This document shows, piece after piece, positions 23,092-35,066 of a DNA stretch of 64,000 nucleotides. Numbering within the stretch: position 1 is the first letter of the stretch; each line of letters opens with the position of its first letter. Source of the DNA: Blepharisma stoltei ATCC 30299 (lineage: Eukaryota > Protista > Ciliophora); NCBI GenBank assembly GCA_965603825.1, contig CBFDEM010000052.1:372001-436000 (forward strand). Direction: 5' to 3'. Made by a program: the position numbers and the translations under genes. Below the pieces are notes generated by a model that had not been told where the DNA came from, searched no databases, and saw only the letters and a list, made by a program, of their open reading frames with translations.

Positions 23092-24990
23092 TTATTGTTG
23101 TTGACCTCTTAATTTAATAATATCGTTAATAGTGATCTCTGCATTATTTCTCAGCTCTGAAATTTCTTGATTTGTCAACTCAAAAAACGTAGAAGTTGCC
23201 TTATTAAATCCTAAGCCAGACCTTCCTACTTCACCATCAAATCTGTTTTTCCTGACATCAATTAATCTATACTTATGCCTATTTTGTATAATAAAAATAT
23301 TATCAGCTTCTTGTGTAGCTTTTGCAGACCCAAATACGCTAGAGACACTTAAGTCAGAGTCATCATCAACTTTTTTAGGATGGATAACAGTGGTTATATG
23401 GACATTTTTATCAGTTGCGAATGCACGAAATCTTGCAATTACATTATCTTGGAGATCAAATTTATTAGACCCTTGAGCTTGACCACTAAGCATGAACTGA
23501 AGGTTATCTATCACAATATGCCCTATATCATAAGCATACACCGCAAAATCCATAGTGTCCAAAATTTTATCCACATCAGTAGAACCAAAGAATTTTAGCA
23601 AAAATAATGGCAGCTCTTGAAACTTATCAGCATATTCATTAAAAAGCTCTGGCTGGGCTATTAAATCACATTTCGCATACTGCAGCAGCAATTTTTTCAG
23701 CAAAATATCATTTTTTATTTCAAAACTCCCCCATAGTGTTGGAATGTTTTGTTCGCAAAAATCCAGCGATAATTGAGACAACAATGTAGTTTTCCCTGAA
23801 CCTGTGCCTCCAGTTAAAATTGATAACTCTCCTCTTCTAAAGCCCTTTGTTTTTTCATTAAACCACTTAAAAGAATTGCTCATAATCCCGGTTTCTTCTT
23901 TGTGCTTGATAATTTTCTGATAAACTTCTTGACGGAGCTCTCTAAATGTTGTAATATTTTCTTCAGCAAGAGGCTTGGCATCTGCAATAAACTGCTTCAT
24001 TCCTTCATGAGAACAAGATAATAAAGCTTCATTAGCATCTTTTGGACCTTCCCCGCTAAAACTTTTAGTTGAAACTATAAAGCTGCGCTTTATTCCAAGT
24101 TTTCTAGCAAATTTAGCTGCGGCTTCTCTGCCTGCTAAGTCGTCGTCTAGCCATAAGTAAATTTTTTGAAATTGTTCAAACCATGGAAGCATTTGTAGAG
24201 GGAGATGAGAAGCCCCATTAGGCAGTGAAACAGCTGCAAGACCTGTAGCTTGATAAACAGCCATAGCATCATATTCTCCTTCGGTCAGTACGACTGTTTT
24301 TATCCCTGGCTGAACTGTATTCAGGCCAAATAACCCTCACCCTCCTCCAGTTGGTATCAGTCTCATATTATGTTTATTTTCTTTATAAATCGCTCTTGCT
24401 TTAACTCTCATAAGCTTCACTTGTCCTTTGCCAATTGATGCAAACATAGGAAAATACACACTTGGCAGTTCAACAGAGTTATCATTTTGCAAATCCCTAT
24501 AAATTTTGTTCCCTATACCAATTTTATAGTACTCTAAAATTTCTTCATTAAGCCCTCTAACTTCTTTTAAGTATTTTAATATTTCAGGGTATTTATTGTC
24601 TCTTAAATAATTCACATGCTGCAGATGCTCTTCTTCTGATGGGTACTGAACATTTGTGCTCTGCATGGTATCGACTCCTAGACTGCCTCCTACAACCCAA
24701 TTCTTGAAATCATACCACGATCCTTGAGATCCACATCGGAAACAATGGAAAACCCCACTGTTTAATTTGAAGCCTAAAGTATACATATTCGTTCTATCCT
24801 CATTATGAGGTTTTGGGCACAAAGGGCAATATTTTACTTGAAAACCATTAGAATTTTCTTTATATTCTAACTGATGGCGGTGGAAAAAGTCTTGTATTTC
24901 TGCATTAGAGATTAGGTAATGAGATGAAACAAAAGTCTGCGGTAGCTGTTTGAAGGTAAATCTTCTAATTAATGAGGCAAACCTGTACAT
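23092..24990 (-). CDS. TWNK: Mitochondrial Twinkle primase-helicase, 632 aa
   Basis: Mitochondrial-type leader, zinc-binding CPLC..CFRC, GGG-W(TGA 24337)-GLFG, TOPRIM LTEGEYDAMA and WLDDD, Walker A GGTGSGKTT, VIDNLQFM, HP, GSAKATQEADN, KNRFDG. Confidence 0.95.
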
Positions 24991-25275
24991 CTATTGCGCG
25001 TAAATTATTGTTAAAATATAAGGTAATAATGGGAGCGATAGGAATCAGAGTAAGAATTATTTAATTATAAGTATCTCATAAAGATACGAACTAGAATTAA
25101 ATTTAGTGTAAGGAGCCAGATTTTTGTGATGAGTAAATTTTAACGATAGAAAATTTTGTGGTTAATCTAGGCAATATAAAGAAGGAATTTTGCCAAAGAA
25201 AAGTGTTGCAAAATTATGGATTTAGGTAAATTCTTATTTAAGAAATTGACTAAGTTAATAGGGTTAGAAATTTTA

Positions 25276-25524
25276 ATGGAGATTGACCTTCTGCACCCAG
25301 AATCAGAACAGCAAAGAATATGCCACAAGAAGAAGAGATTGGTGCAAAGTCCCAATAGCTACTTCATGGACATCAAATGTTCAAGTTGTTATGCACTAAC
25401 AACTGCTTTCAGCCATGCACAAAGCGTCATCACATGTGAAGGATGCCAACAAATACTTGCACAGCCTTCTGGAGGAAAATGCAAGCTCACAGTTGGTTGT
25501 TCAGTAAGACGAAAGGCAGATTAA
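25276..25524 (+). CDS. RPS27: 40S ribosomal protein S27 (eS27)
   Basis: [26 protein letters not shown]...[24 protein letters not shown]. Start placed at the second ATG by homolog length. Confidence 0.95.
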   Translation: MEIDLLHPESEQQRICHKKKRLVQSPNSYFMDIKCSSCYALTTAFSHAQSVITCEGCQQILAQPSGGKCKLTVGCSVRRKAD

Positions 25525-25699
25525 CTTAAGGTTCTTTTTTACCTAACACAATCTTTTTCTTTAACTTAAGTCTTATCAATTTTAGCAGAGGCTAAAGTGT
25601 TGGATTGATATTTCCCCAAATAAATAGAAAATTTATATATTTATGATAAAAAGACTTGACAAAATTAGATGAATTTACTCAGAATGTGTTATGGTAATA

Positions 25700-25885
25700 C
25701 TATTTTCTTGGATCGAAACCTTCTTTTATTAAGCATTGATTGTGCAGATTTATCTCATTTTGGCATTCTTCTTCAGATTTAAGTAAGAGGCATTGATCTC
25801 TAGCAGATTTTGTTTCTTTGCATACACAGCAAGGACCTTTGATGACCTTTTCAAGCTTACAGCCTTCTTGCTCGTGCTTTTCCAT
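25700..25885 (-). CDS. COX17: Cytochrome c oxidase copper chaperone Cox17
   Basis: PCCVCKETKSARDQCLL..EEECQNEINLHNQCL..EGF: CC plus twin CX9C. Confidence 0.92.
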   Translation of the reverse strand: MEKHEQEGCKLEKVIKGPCCVCKETKSARDQCLLLKSEEECQNEINLHNQCLIKEGFDPRK

Positions 25886-26170
25886 ATTAAAACTATATTT
25901 AAACCAAAAATAATGTTATTTTAATTCTAAAAAGCTTTTTCGTCCAAGCTAACTAATCTTTCGCAATCAATATGCTAAAGAGATTTAAATCATAAAAGAG
26001 CAACCTTATTTTGCTCAAATTGAATATTAATTGAGATGCTTTAAATTTTTTTCAATCATCTTCTTCATATTCTATAGCCAAAAAGTTGTATGTGAAAGAT
26101 CAAGAAATGCCATTTACCCTTTTTACAGTTTATTTCTTAATGATTTCTAGATAATTTATTAAAGATTTAT

Positions 26171-26830
26171 ATGAAGACTTCAGCTCCTGCATGGAGTATT
26201 TTTAGTAGAAAAAATTATAAACATTTCGAAAATGTCCCTGGGCCAGGATCATATAACCCAATTACTTATTTACTTGATGGAGGACCAAATTTTGGATTTG
26301 GAAGATCGGCAAGACCTTCGATCATAGGAAAGCAAAGCTCGCCTGGACCAGGATCATATATTCCTCGGGCTGTAACTCCTAATGCAAGACGACCAGTGTA
26401 ATTATTATGCAGATTTGGCAGATCTTATAGACTTCCAATTAACAGCCTTAATGACACACCTGGACCTGGAAGTTACGAGCATCGGCCTAAAAGCGAAGGG
26501 CCATCATATAGCTTGTATGGGCGATCTAAACGAGATAAACAAAATAGCTCTCCAGGCCCTGGGCACTATAGTCCTAATTTATCAACAATAGACAATTTAC
26601 CAGCCCCAAAGATGGGAAAAGCTAAAAGAGGTGCAGATCTATCATTATCCACCTTTCCAGGACCTGGAAGCTATCAGCTGAAAAGTACACTTGAAGGTCC
26701 GAAATGGGGACTTGGGTATGGAGGAAGAAGCAATTTAAAGCCTACAGGAACTCCAGGGCCAGGAACATATGATCTGAAATCAACAATATCAAATCTTCCA
26801 TCATATAGCCAATCTAACATAAATAATTAA
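26171..26830 (+). CDS. STPG/SHIPPO1 (ODF3-like) PGPGxY-repeat ciliary protein, 214 aa, one 15-nt intron
   Basis: Six PGPG(S/H/T)Y repeats; intron 26398-26412 joins the tracked ORFs. Confidence 0.85.
26398..26412 (+). other. 15-nt intron GTAATTATTATGCAG
   Basis: GT..AG, A at position 10, contains the in-frame TAA; removal gives RRPVFGRS. Confidence 0.85.
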
Positions 26831-26859
26831 GCTAGCGTTTAATTTCTGTTAATTAGCAA

Positions 26860-29800
26860 TTAAAGTTCAAATTCTTCATCTTCGCTCTCAGAAGCAATTA
26901 TCATTTCTGCGTTAGGCATTAGCTTGGATTTTTTGTTTTTTGTATCTTCGATGCTATTTTTTCTTTTTCTAGCACCAAGTGGGTTTTTAAAGTCTGAAGA
27001 CTCGCTGGTGGCTGCTGTGATGTCTTCTATGACTTCGTAACCTTTTTCTTTGCTGATATTAATTTTTCTGATTTTCCCCTTTCTTTCGTCATCAGATTGT
27101 GTGATGATTTTTGTGGGGGGTTTGATAGTAGTTTGCTTCAAATTATCTTTTTTCTCCCTAGCAGGCACTTTTGTGGCCCTTTTTGCAGTTTTTTTGGTTT
27201 TCCCTTTCACTGCAGGAACTTTATTCCTTTCTCTTTCTTCATTTTCCCACTCCTCTTCAATAACCTTTTTCAGCTCATCCAAATCTTTCCCCCACATATC
27301 ATAAATGCTTGTATTTTTCAACGTTTCCAATTCATGTATCTTTTCTTGTTCTTCTTTTTTAAGCTGCTCTACCTTTTCATATGTAAGAGACCATAATGGC
27401 ATTCCTAGCAGATAATCATATTCTTTTGCTTTTATTGTCCCTGACTCCACTACTTCGTCATTTTCCTGCTCTGTTTCTTTATCTTCCACCTGATGGATTT
27501 TAGGGTCTTTGAAAATCTTTTCTAGCTCTGATTTTGTGGTGAAACCTTTTCTTTTTAATTCTGTGATTAAAATTGCTTTTTGTTTTTTATTGATTATTAG
27601 CTCGTTGTTAATTACTTCCAAAATAAACCTGACTTTATTAGAAATTATGGTAACTTCTGCAGTGGTTTGACTGACTAAGAACTCTTTTCGCTTTTCGTAG
27701 AAGTCTTCACGGATGGTGTAGTGCTCTTCTAGGATTTCTTTGATTCCAGGGTATTTTTTGATTTTACGCTCGGGATTGAAGAGGACAAGATTGTTCATGC
27801 TAAGTGAAGACTGCAGTTTAAATATTTTCATTATTTCTGAATCTGAGAAATGTTGCAGAGTAGGGACTTCTATATGAAAATCTATCCGGTTTTCTGTATG
27901 ATATTCTTTTATATCGGTGACAATAGGATTTTCAGCTTGAGCTAGTTCTTCAAGAAATTTTTTATAGTCAGTCGTCCACTTACCAATAGGAAGTTCTGTA
28001 ATTCTGAGTATATTTCCATCAAGTCTTTCAAATACACCTTTGATTTCATAGCCTCCTCCATTTCCTTCAATCCAATCTAAAGTTCCAGTATATCCTTTAA
28101 ACCAAGGTTTTAAACGAATTCCATCAAAAGAATTCCCATTAATCCTATCTCTGTATACTTGAATTAGCTCAATTGGATTATAAGGAGGGATGCAGGTGCT
28201 TCAACCAGTTCCAATACCATCAGCACCGTTTATCAGTACAAGCGGAATTATCGGGACATATCAATTCGGCTCAATTTTTTGACCCTCTTCTTTTTGATAA
28301 TTTAGTAAATAATCATCTTCTAATATAAACATTTTCCTAGTCACTTGAGAGAGATTTGTAAAAATATATCTTGGGCTAGCCATATCTTTCCCTCCTAGAA
28401 GCCTAGTCCCAAACTGTCCTATCGGCAGCAGCAGATTTATATTATTTGATCCAACGAAATTCTGAGCCAGCCCTACAATTGTAGTAGCCAAAGACTGTTC
28501 TCCATGATGATATGCAGAATGCTCCCCTACATACCCAGCTAGCTGTGCTACCTTTATTTCTCCTTTCAGTTTCCTCTTAAAGCAAGAAAAAATGATTTTT
28601 CTCTGTCCCGGCTTCAGCCCATCAACTACACTTGGAATGGACCTAATATTATCATAATTTGAAAATAAAATCAGCTCCCTATTGATGAAATCGGAAACAC
28701 TTATTTGAGGCTCACTCATATCAAGAAAAGTGTCAGGATCTAACGCAGCAAGCCACCTTTTACGGTCATCAGATCTTTTTTTATTAAAAGCCATATCTAT
28801 AGCATCTCCGTCACGTTGATCATTATCATATAAAAATTCAATCCTATGTCTTTGGATGTTCCCAAAATATTCGCGGGCTTCTTTACTAGTAGAAGTGCCT
28901 AAGCCTTTGTAGTATTTAATGTTCCATGATTTTCTGTCTTCAGCTTTGCTCCAAGCTTCATATTCGTGAAGAGTGTAAAATGAAATGCTATCGTGACCTT
29001 TTGTAGCTTTTACGATAGGAGTGATAAACTCTTTGACAAATCCAGTTGTTTTTAGCAAGCCTGGTCAAAAGAAGTGGATAAGGTTGATTATAAGTCCTTT
29101 GATATGAGACCCATCAAGATCTTGATCAGCCATAATCATTATGCACCCATATCTAAGCTCTCCTAAGTCTTCATATTCTTTTTTAGGCTGTAGTCCTACG
29201 ATTTTCATGATATTTTGGATTTCTTCATTAGCCATCAGCTGCTTGTGTGAAGCTTCTCTAACATTTAAAAGCTTCCCTTTCAGCGGAAAAGCTCCAAACT
29301 TATCTCTTCCAACCACTTCAATTCCTGCGACTGCCAGAGTTTTTGCACTGTCTCCTTCAGTTAAAATCAATGTGCACTCTCTGCTGTTTTTCGTCCCTGC
29401 TAAATTTGCATCTTCTAGCTTATTCAAATAAATTTTTTCATTTTTCTTAGATTTTACTTTTTTCCCTAACTGTGCTTCAGTTTTTGCTTTGGCAAAAGCC
29501 ACGACATGGTCAATGATGCCGCAATTTACGACTTCTTTTATGAATTTTTCACTGAGTTCACATTTAGAACCAAACGAAGAAGGTTTTAGCGTCATTGTTT
29601 CTTTAGTTTGTGAGTCAAAGCAAGGGTTTTCTACCAGGGAATTGACAAAAACCCACAAATGCTGCTTTATTTGATTATTTTTTATATCAAGCTTTTTGTT
29701 CTTTTTTTGGATCGCTCCAGAAATTGCATTAATTAATTGGTCTGCAACATGATTTACATGTGTCCCTCCTTTGGAAGTGCAAATAGAGTTTACAAATGAG

Positions 29801-30672
29801 ACCTGCTGAAAAACGCCTTCACTAATAGAAATTCCGACTTCTCACCTTTCGCTAGGATTTTCATAAATTTTAGGCATTGTGGGGTCTTTGATGTAAAGGT
29901 CAATATAGTCTTTGAAGTTTTTAATTGAAATTTCTTTTTGGTTTAGGAAAACTTTGACTGATTTACCTGTAGATCCTGCCATATCATACACTCTTTTAGT
30001 CATAAGATCAAGGATATCTTTATTGAGACTACTCATACCGAATCTTTCTAAGTCTGGGTAAAAGGTTATGCAGGTGTAATCTTCAGATTTTTTGAGCTTG
30101 GTTATGGTAGGGTGAGACTTTTTGCTCATGTTGTCAGTCCATTCCATTGAGAATTTTTGCATTCTTTCTGAATCTGCAGTTTCAATTATAAATCTTTTAG
30201 AAAAGACGTTAGCAAGCTTAGCGCCATAACCATTTCGACCACCGGTGGTCTTTTTTTTGGTGTCATCATAGTTGCTTGATGTCAAGAGTTGGCCGAAAAT
30301 GAGTTCTGGGACATAGATTCCGTATTCTTGATGCACTGCAACTGGGATTCCTTTTCCATTATTTCACACAGATATCATCCCTCTTTCAGGGTCAAGAGTT
30401 ACATCGATTTTGTTCATCTTTTTGTCTCTCTGATAGTTATCAGCAGCATTAACCAAGATTTCATCAAATATTTTATAAAGCCCTGGAACATATTGTATTT
30501 GTCTAAACACCATGGTGTTTTGTTCAGAGTCCCACACTCACAACTTGTTTTCCTGCATTTCGATTGAGCCTACATAAGTATCAGGACGCAGTAAAATGTG
30601 TTCTAATGGTGTTTTCTTTTGATATATCTGCTCAATCGTACTTGTGCCTGAGTCGCTATCGTTCCCCGCCAT
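26860..30672 (-). CDS. TOP2: DNA topoisomerase II (type IIA), 1270 aa
   Basis: YQKKTPLEHILLRPDTYVGS, KIFDEILVNAADN, GGRNGYGAKL, LTEGDSA, PLKGKLLNV, DQDLDGSHIKG, YYKGLGTS, catalytic ASPRYIFT. Six TGA-Trp at 30538, 30364, 29842, 29065, 28261 and 28201. Confidence 0.97.
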
Positions 30673-30796
30673 TTAAAATATTACAAGGGGGGAAGCCAAA
30701 TAAATCCCTTATTACAAAATTTCTTCCTAGGTCTTCCAAATTTTTTTTCTTGCTTAGTCTTCTATATCTCTATATTTTTTTAATATATTTCTATTT

Positions 30797-31474
30797 ATGG
30801 AAGAATTCATACAACGCCTCAACTACATAGAAAATCTCCAGAAAAAAGGAGCCCATGAGCGAGAAGTCCTTCTTACCAGGATTTGTGAGCTTGAAGACCA
30901 AGTTGAAGATTTAACTGCTCAGCTGAGAAAAGTGCGCAAAGATCCAAGACCTCCAATTGCGTCAAGAGAAAGCATTGAAATTAATAACGCCACAAAAGAA
31001 ACCAATGCACAAGAAGACGAGCCTTGGCTGTTTTATACACCACCTGGAAGGCCTATTAGAGACATTTTATCATTGCTTGATTTTTCTGAAGGTTACGAGT
31101 TAGATGCAAGGTCATTGCTTACTGAAGAAGCTTTATGAATCCAAGTTTTAGAAAGAATGAACGTTGTGGACATCCCCTCTAGGCTTTCAGCTCTACAGAA
31201 GCTGGCTTCTGTTCAATTGGCGTCTGCATGTCACAATGAGCTTTTAATTATAGTAAGAGGTATTCCTGTCAGCGCTCACCCTCTATTTGAAAGAATTTTG
31301 CCAAGCATACTTACATTAGCTGAATATGTTAATATAGCCTGGAGTGAAGTAGAAAACAATAACCCAGACATATTAGGCAGAGTTGCTGTTGTTCTTGAGT
31401 GTGAACAAGAAATGAAAGTTCTAAGTGTAGACAGAGGTGATACCCGAATGTCCTTATTCATAGAAAGACTATAA
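30797..31474 (+). CDS. Hypothetical coiled-coil protein, 225 aa (may be the first part of a gene continuing to 32257)
   Basis: ORFs joined by TGA 31136; TAA at 31472-31474. Confidence 0.6.
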
Positions 31475-31492
31475 CTCTAAGAATTAATTAAT

Positions 31493-32257
31493 ATGGGAAC
31501 TTTAGAAGGAGACTCAGGCTTTTTCCAAATGATTGAAAACTCTATTAAATATTTCGACCCAGAACAGCACAAAGATGACCAAAATAAGCGAGTAGCGCCA
31601 CCAGAGAATTCTAAAGCAGAAATTGAAAGACTTAAAAAAGAAATCATAGACTTGACGAAATCAATAGAAGATATTATTGAAGATAAGCGAAAAATAGAAA
31701 GTGACTGCGCATTTTTAAAAAACCTGTTTTCACGGTTTGAGGCAGTTGAGAAGCAGTATAAAGAAAAAACGAATTTGCTCGAGGGAAGACTTAATGAGAA
31801 AAATCAAGAAATTGAACAATTGAGGGAAAAAGTGACAAAAATAAGGCAGGATGAGCAAAATGAAGAGATTGCAATAAGGAGAATTAATTCAAGACAGGGC
31901 GCTGATAGCTTTGATGCAAGCTTAAATGAAATTATAGTGAATTCGCCGCTTTCATTGAAACGCTATAAGTCCATGGAGAAGTTGCAGACTAGTGTGAAGG
32001 AGAAAGAAATAAATCTTGAAAAAGCGCTTGCAAGAATATCGAAACTGGATCAAGAACTTTATGCTAAAAATATGCAAATCGAAGAAATCAATAACAAAAT
32101 GAAGATGGAAAGCAGGGAGAAAAAGAGGCTGATACTTCAAAACAAGCATTTATTTGATGAACAGCATCGATTAGGAATTAAAGGCGATTCAGAGACTTCT
32201 CAGGAAAAAGCAAAAAAAGCACTGTTTAGATCAAGGACAGTTGCTACAAGAAAATAA
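31493..32257 (+). CDS. Hypothetical coiled-coil protein, 254 aa
   Basis: Heptad-rich ORF in the same frame as the upstream CDS, 18 nt downstream of it. Confidence 0.65.
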   Translation: MGTLEGDSGFFQMIENSIKYFDPEQHKDDQNKRVAPPENSKAEIERLKKEIIDLTKSIEDIIEDKRKIESDCAFLKNLFSRFEAVEKQYKEKTNLLEGRLNEKNQEIEQLREKVTKIRQDEQNEEIAIRRINSRQGADSFDASLNEIIVNSPLSLKRYKSMEKLQTSVKEKEINLEKALARISKLDQELYAKNMQIEEINNKMKMESREKKRLILQNKHLFDEQHRLGIKGDSETSQEKAKKALFRSRTVATRK

Positions 32258-32564
32258 TTGTAAATAAATCGTAATTTTGATTAACTGAATAGTTTTTAAA
32301 AGTCAGAAAGCTTATCAGTTTTTCTATTTTTTAAATAAATAAAAAAATCTCACTTTATGTCTGCAAAGCCTAATATGTAGTTTAATTATTTTTGATGCAC
32401 AATTTTTATTGTTTAACTATGCCTAGCTCTTTTACCAAAACCCTTTTTTGTTTTACCTCCATTTTTCTGTTTCGATAAATCCAAAATGTTCGCCAACCTT
32501 AAATTAACTGATTTCCTCTCTATCCATCCAAATTTTAAGCTTTATTCTTATATTAATAAATAAA

Positions 32565-32689
32565 CCGCATTAAACCTAGCCCTCAGACCTCTCCAATTTT
32601 GAATTTAATGAAAATAAAATTAAAATGCCTGATTCTTCCTTTCATCATTAACTCATAAACAAATCCGCATTACTGACTATGCCGCATTA
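32565..32689 (+). promoter_or_regulatory. Three CCGCATTA copies upstream of the Myb gene (candidate cis-element)
   Basis: Exact 8-mer at 32565, 32665 and 32682 in AT-rich intergenic DNA. Confidence 0.4.
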
Positions 32690-32745
32690 AATATTAATTA
32701 CTAACCTTTATCGTAATTATTTTATATTTTTATACAAAAACCCAC

Positions 32746-33504
32746 ATGGAGACGCCTAATTTAACTCCTTACCCTATAACAGAAGATGTCTGGATGATAC
32801 CATGCTTTGTCAACAGAGAGGACAACATATATCAACCGCTTTGCAAGCCATTTAGTACTGATATAGATTGAGAGAAATTACAAACAAGACAGCCATGAAC
32901 TTTAATAGAAGATGATTCTTTAAGAGCTCTCATAGAGCAACGTGGACCAAGGCATTGAACGTCCATTGCTAGAGAATTAAATTCTATTGTACATAAAAGC
33001 CTTCCCCTTAGACAAGGGAAGCAATGTCGAGAAAGATGGTATAATCATTTAGATCCAGGGCTTTTAAAAGGTAATTGGACAACTCAAGAAGATATTTATA
33101 TTTTGGAAAAACAGCTTGAGATTGGCAACAAATGAAGCGAAATTGCTAGGAATCTACATGGGAGAACGGAAAATCAAGTCAAGAACCGATGGAAAAGCAT
33201 GTCCAAAAAAGCTGAAAAAATATGTCCTAAAGGATCCGATCCTATAAATTTCTTGCTAGACGAGAAAAAATGCATGGAAAAAGAAACGAAGCCTGAAAAT
33301 CCGCTTCTTAATGTACCAACTCCAATTCCAAGAAGTGGTGGAAGCCCTGGATTTGTGCCGTATACTTTTAATGATCTAGGCTTTTCTTCTCTGGCCGACC
33401 AAATAAAAATGTGCTATAACATGGGAGTGGGACCAAACACACAAGCCGAACCAAGTCCATCTCCATCATCTCTCTTGTTTTTCCAAAATCCAAGTTTTAG
33501 ATAA
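32746..33504 (+). CDS. R2R3-type Myb transcription factor, 252 aa
   Basis: P-W(TGA 32896)-TLIEDDSL..GPRH-W(TGA 32956)-TSIA..RQGKQCRERWYNHLDP...GNWTTQED..GNK-W(TGA 33133)-SEIARNLHGRTENQVKNRW. The Myb repeats are absent from the standard-code track. Confidence 0.93.
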
Positions 33505-34419
33505 ATAAGTATAGAGAATATACAGTTTTATCGTATATTAATAATAATCGAAATTTAATGAAATTTACTTGTTTATTAAATTTTGATTAAGCTTCTATTT
33601 TTATTAATAAATAGGATAAATGCTAAATTATGAATAATTATGTAGTTTTTAGCGTTAATAAGAAGTATTAAGCAGTTTATCATCGGAATGCTTTTATCTT
33701 TATGCATTAACTCTTAATTAAATATGCGAAACACCATTTATTAAGTGAGATTTTTTATTTTCAGCCATAATCCAATTTATTTATTCAACACCAATTCAAA
33801 ATTCGGTAAATTACGTTAAATTTTAATGATAAATATCTTTCCAGTGTTTTCAGGAACAAAAATGACGGGTTTTCTCCAGCAAATAAAGAAGATTAGATAC
33901 TCTTGTGCTATTTTTAAGGATTTTATTTCCTTTTTCTTAAATGTTTACTCATATCTTGATCTAGATCATGCCAAATTGCATCAAATAAAACCAGTCTGCC
34001 GATATTTGTGACAAAATATTCAGAAATTGAATGAAATTAACAGTCCAATATATTGATAATTTCAATAGAAAAAGTCTGATAAATTTAACGGTGCATTTAG
34101 AATAAATACTATTTATTAAAGAAAAGAAATTTTTTGAAAAAATGTATCTTGATACGGTATTTATCTAAACAAATTTTTTAGATAATTAGAATGAAAAAAA
34201 AATTTGTAGAAGTAGGAGTCAAGATATAAATTATGCTTAATAGATAAAAACTTTAGATAAATAATAAATAATCAAAGGTTGGGAGATTTTTAAATCCTCA
34301 ATTTAATAAAAATGTTTTCCATTGAATATTTACAAAAATTAACAATTATCAACTAATATGTAAATGAAAATTCAAACTCTTATTATCTATCAGGAGCAAG
34401 TTATTAAAACACTATTAAA

Positions 34420-34983
34420 CTAAACAATGCGATCTCTTAATTTCCAAGAATACACATATAAAGCACTTAAAAATTCTGAAATTTCACCTTTAAATCCTAC
34501 AACGCCTCTTTTTTGCTTTGTAAAATCAACATTTTGAATTTGAGATCCAGGGCCTTTTTTACCCTGTGCTAAAAAATTTTGCCCTTGAGCAGTTTGAAAT
34601 GAAATTGAATTTACATATTTATCATATGTGATTTCTATTTTTTGAATATAGTCTGATGTCCCTAATATAAGCCGGTCTTCTTTCCCGTGATGCCCTCTTA
34701 TGTGTGATGTTCGTTTTACAGAGCCATCAATATTGTATTCAATTATAAAGCCTTTTATGTAATCTTCTGAATAAATTGTAAGATCATATATGTGGATAAG
34801 TTGGGACTGCTTTATCAGTTCTTTATGATCAAAAAATTGAATGTCGTCACGATTTATAATGCCAGTAGGTGGGAAAACGTCTGGGATTTGATTTTTAGAT
34901 TCCATAAGTGGAAGAAGTGGTGGTGCAGGCTGGTTTATGTAGAGATCTCTAACTGTGCCTCTATATATGACTGAGCATCCCAT
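34420..34983 (-). CDS. Jacalin-like (beta-prism) lectin domain protein with MGC N-terminus
   Basis: YIKGFIIEY..HG....LILG..DYIQKIEITYDKYVNSISFQT..GQ...VVGFKG...LSALYVY pattern. Confidence 0.7.
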   Translation of the reverse strand: MGCSVIYRGTVRDLYINQPAPPLLPLMESKNQIPDVFPPTGIINRDDIQFFDHKELIKQSQLIHIYDLTIYSEDYIKGFIIEYNIDGSVKRTSHIRGHHGKEDRLILGTSDYIQKIEITYDKYVNSISFQTAQGQNFLAQGKKGPGSQIQNVDFTKQKRGVVGFKGEISEFLSALYVYSWKLRDRIV

Positions 34984-35066
34984 TTCCTTTTTATATTTTA
35001 ATAATATAACATTATCGAGAAAAAGCGCATTGTTTTATGCGATATATTTAAATAGGAATTATTAAA

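Noticed and set aside
25216-25275. N-terminal extension of RPS27, or a 17-nt intron GTAAATTCTTATTTAAG
   Set aside because: eS27 homology begins at ATG 25276; the candidate intron does not match the 15-16 nt YAG pattern.
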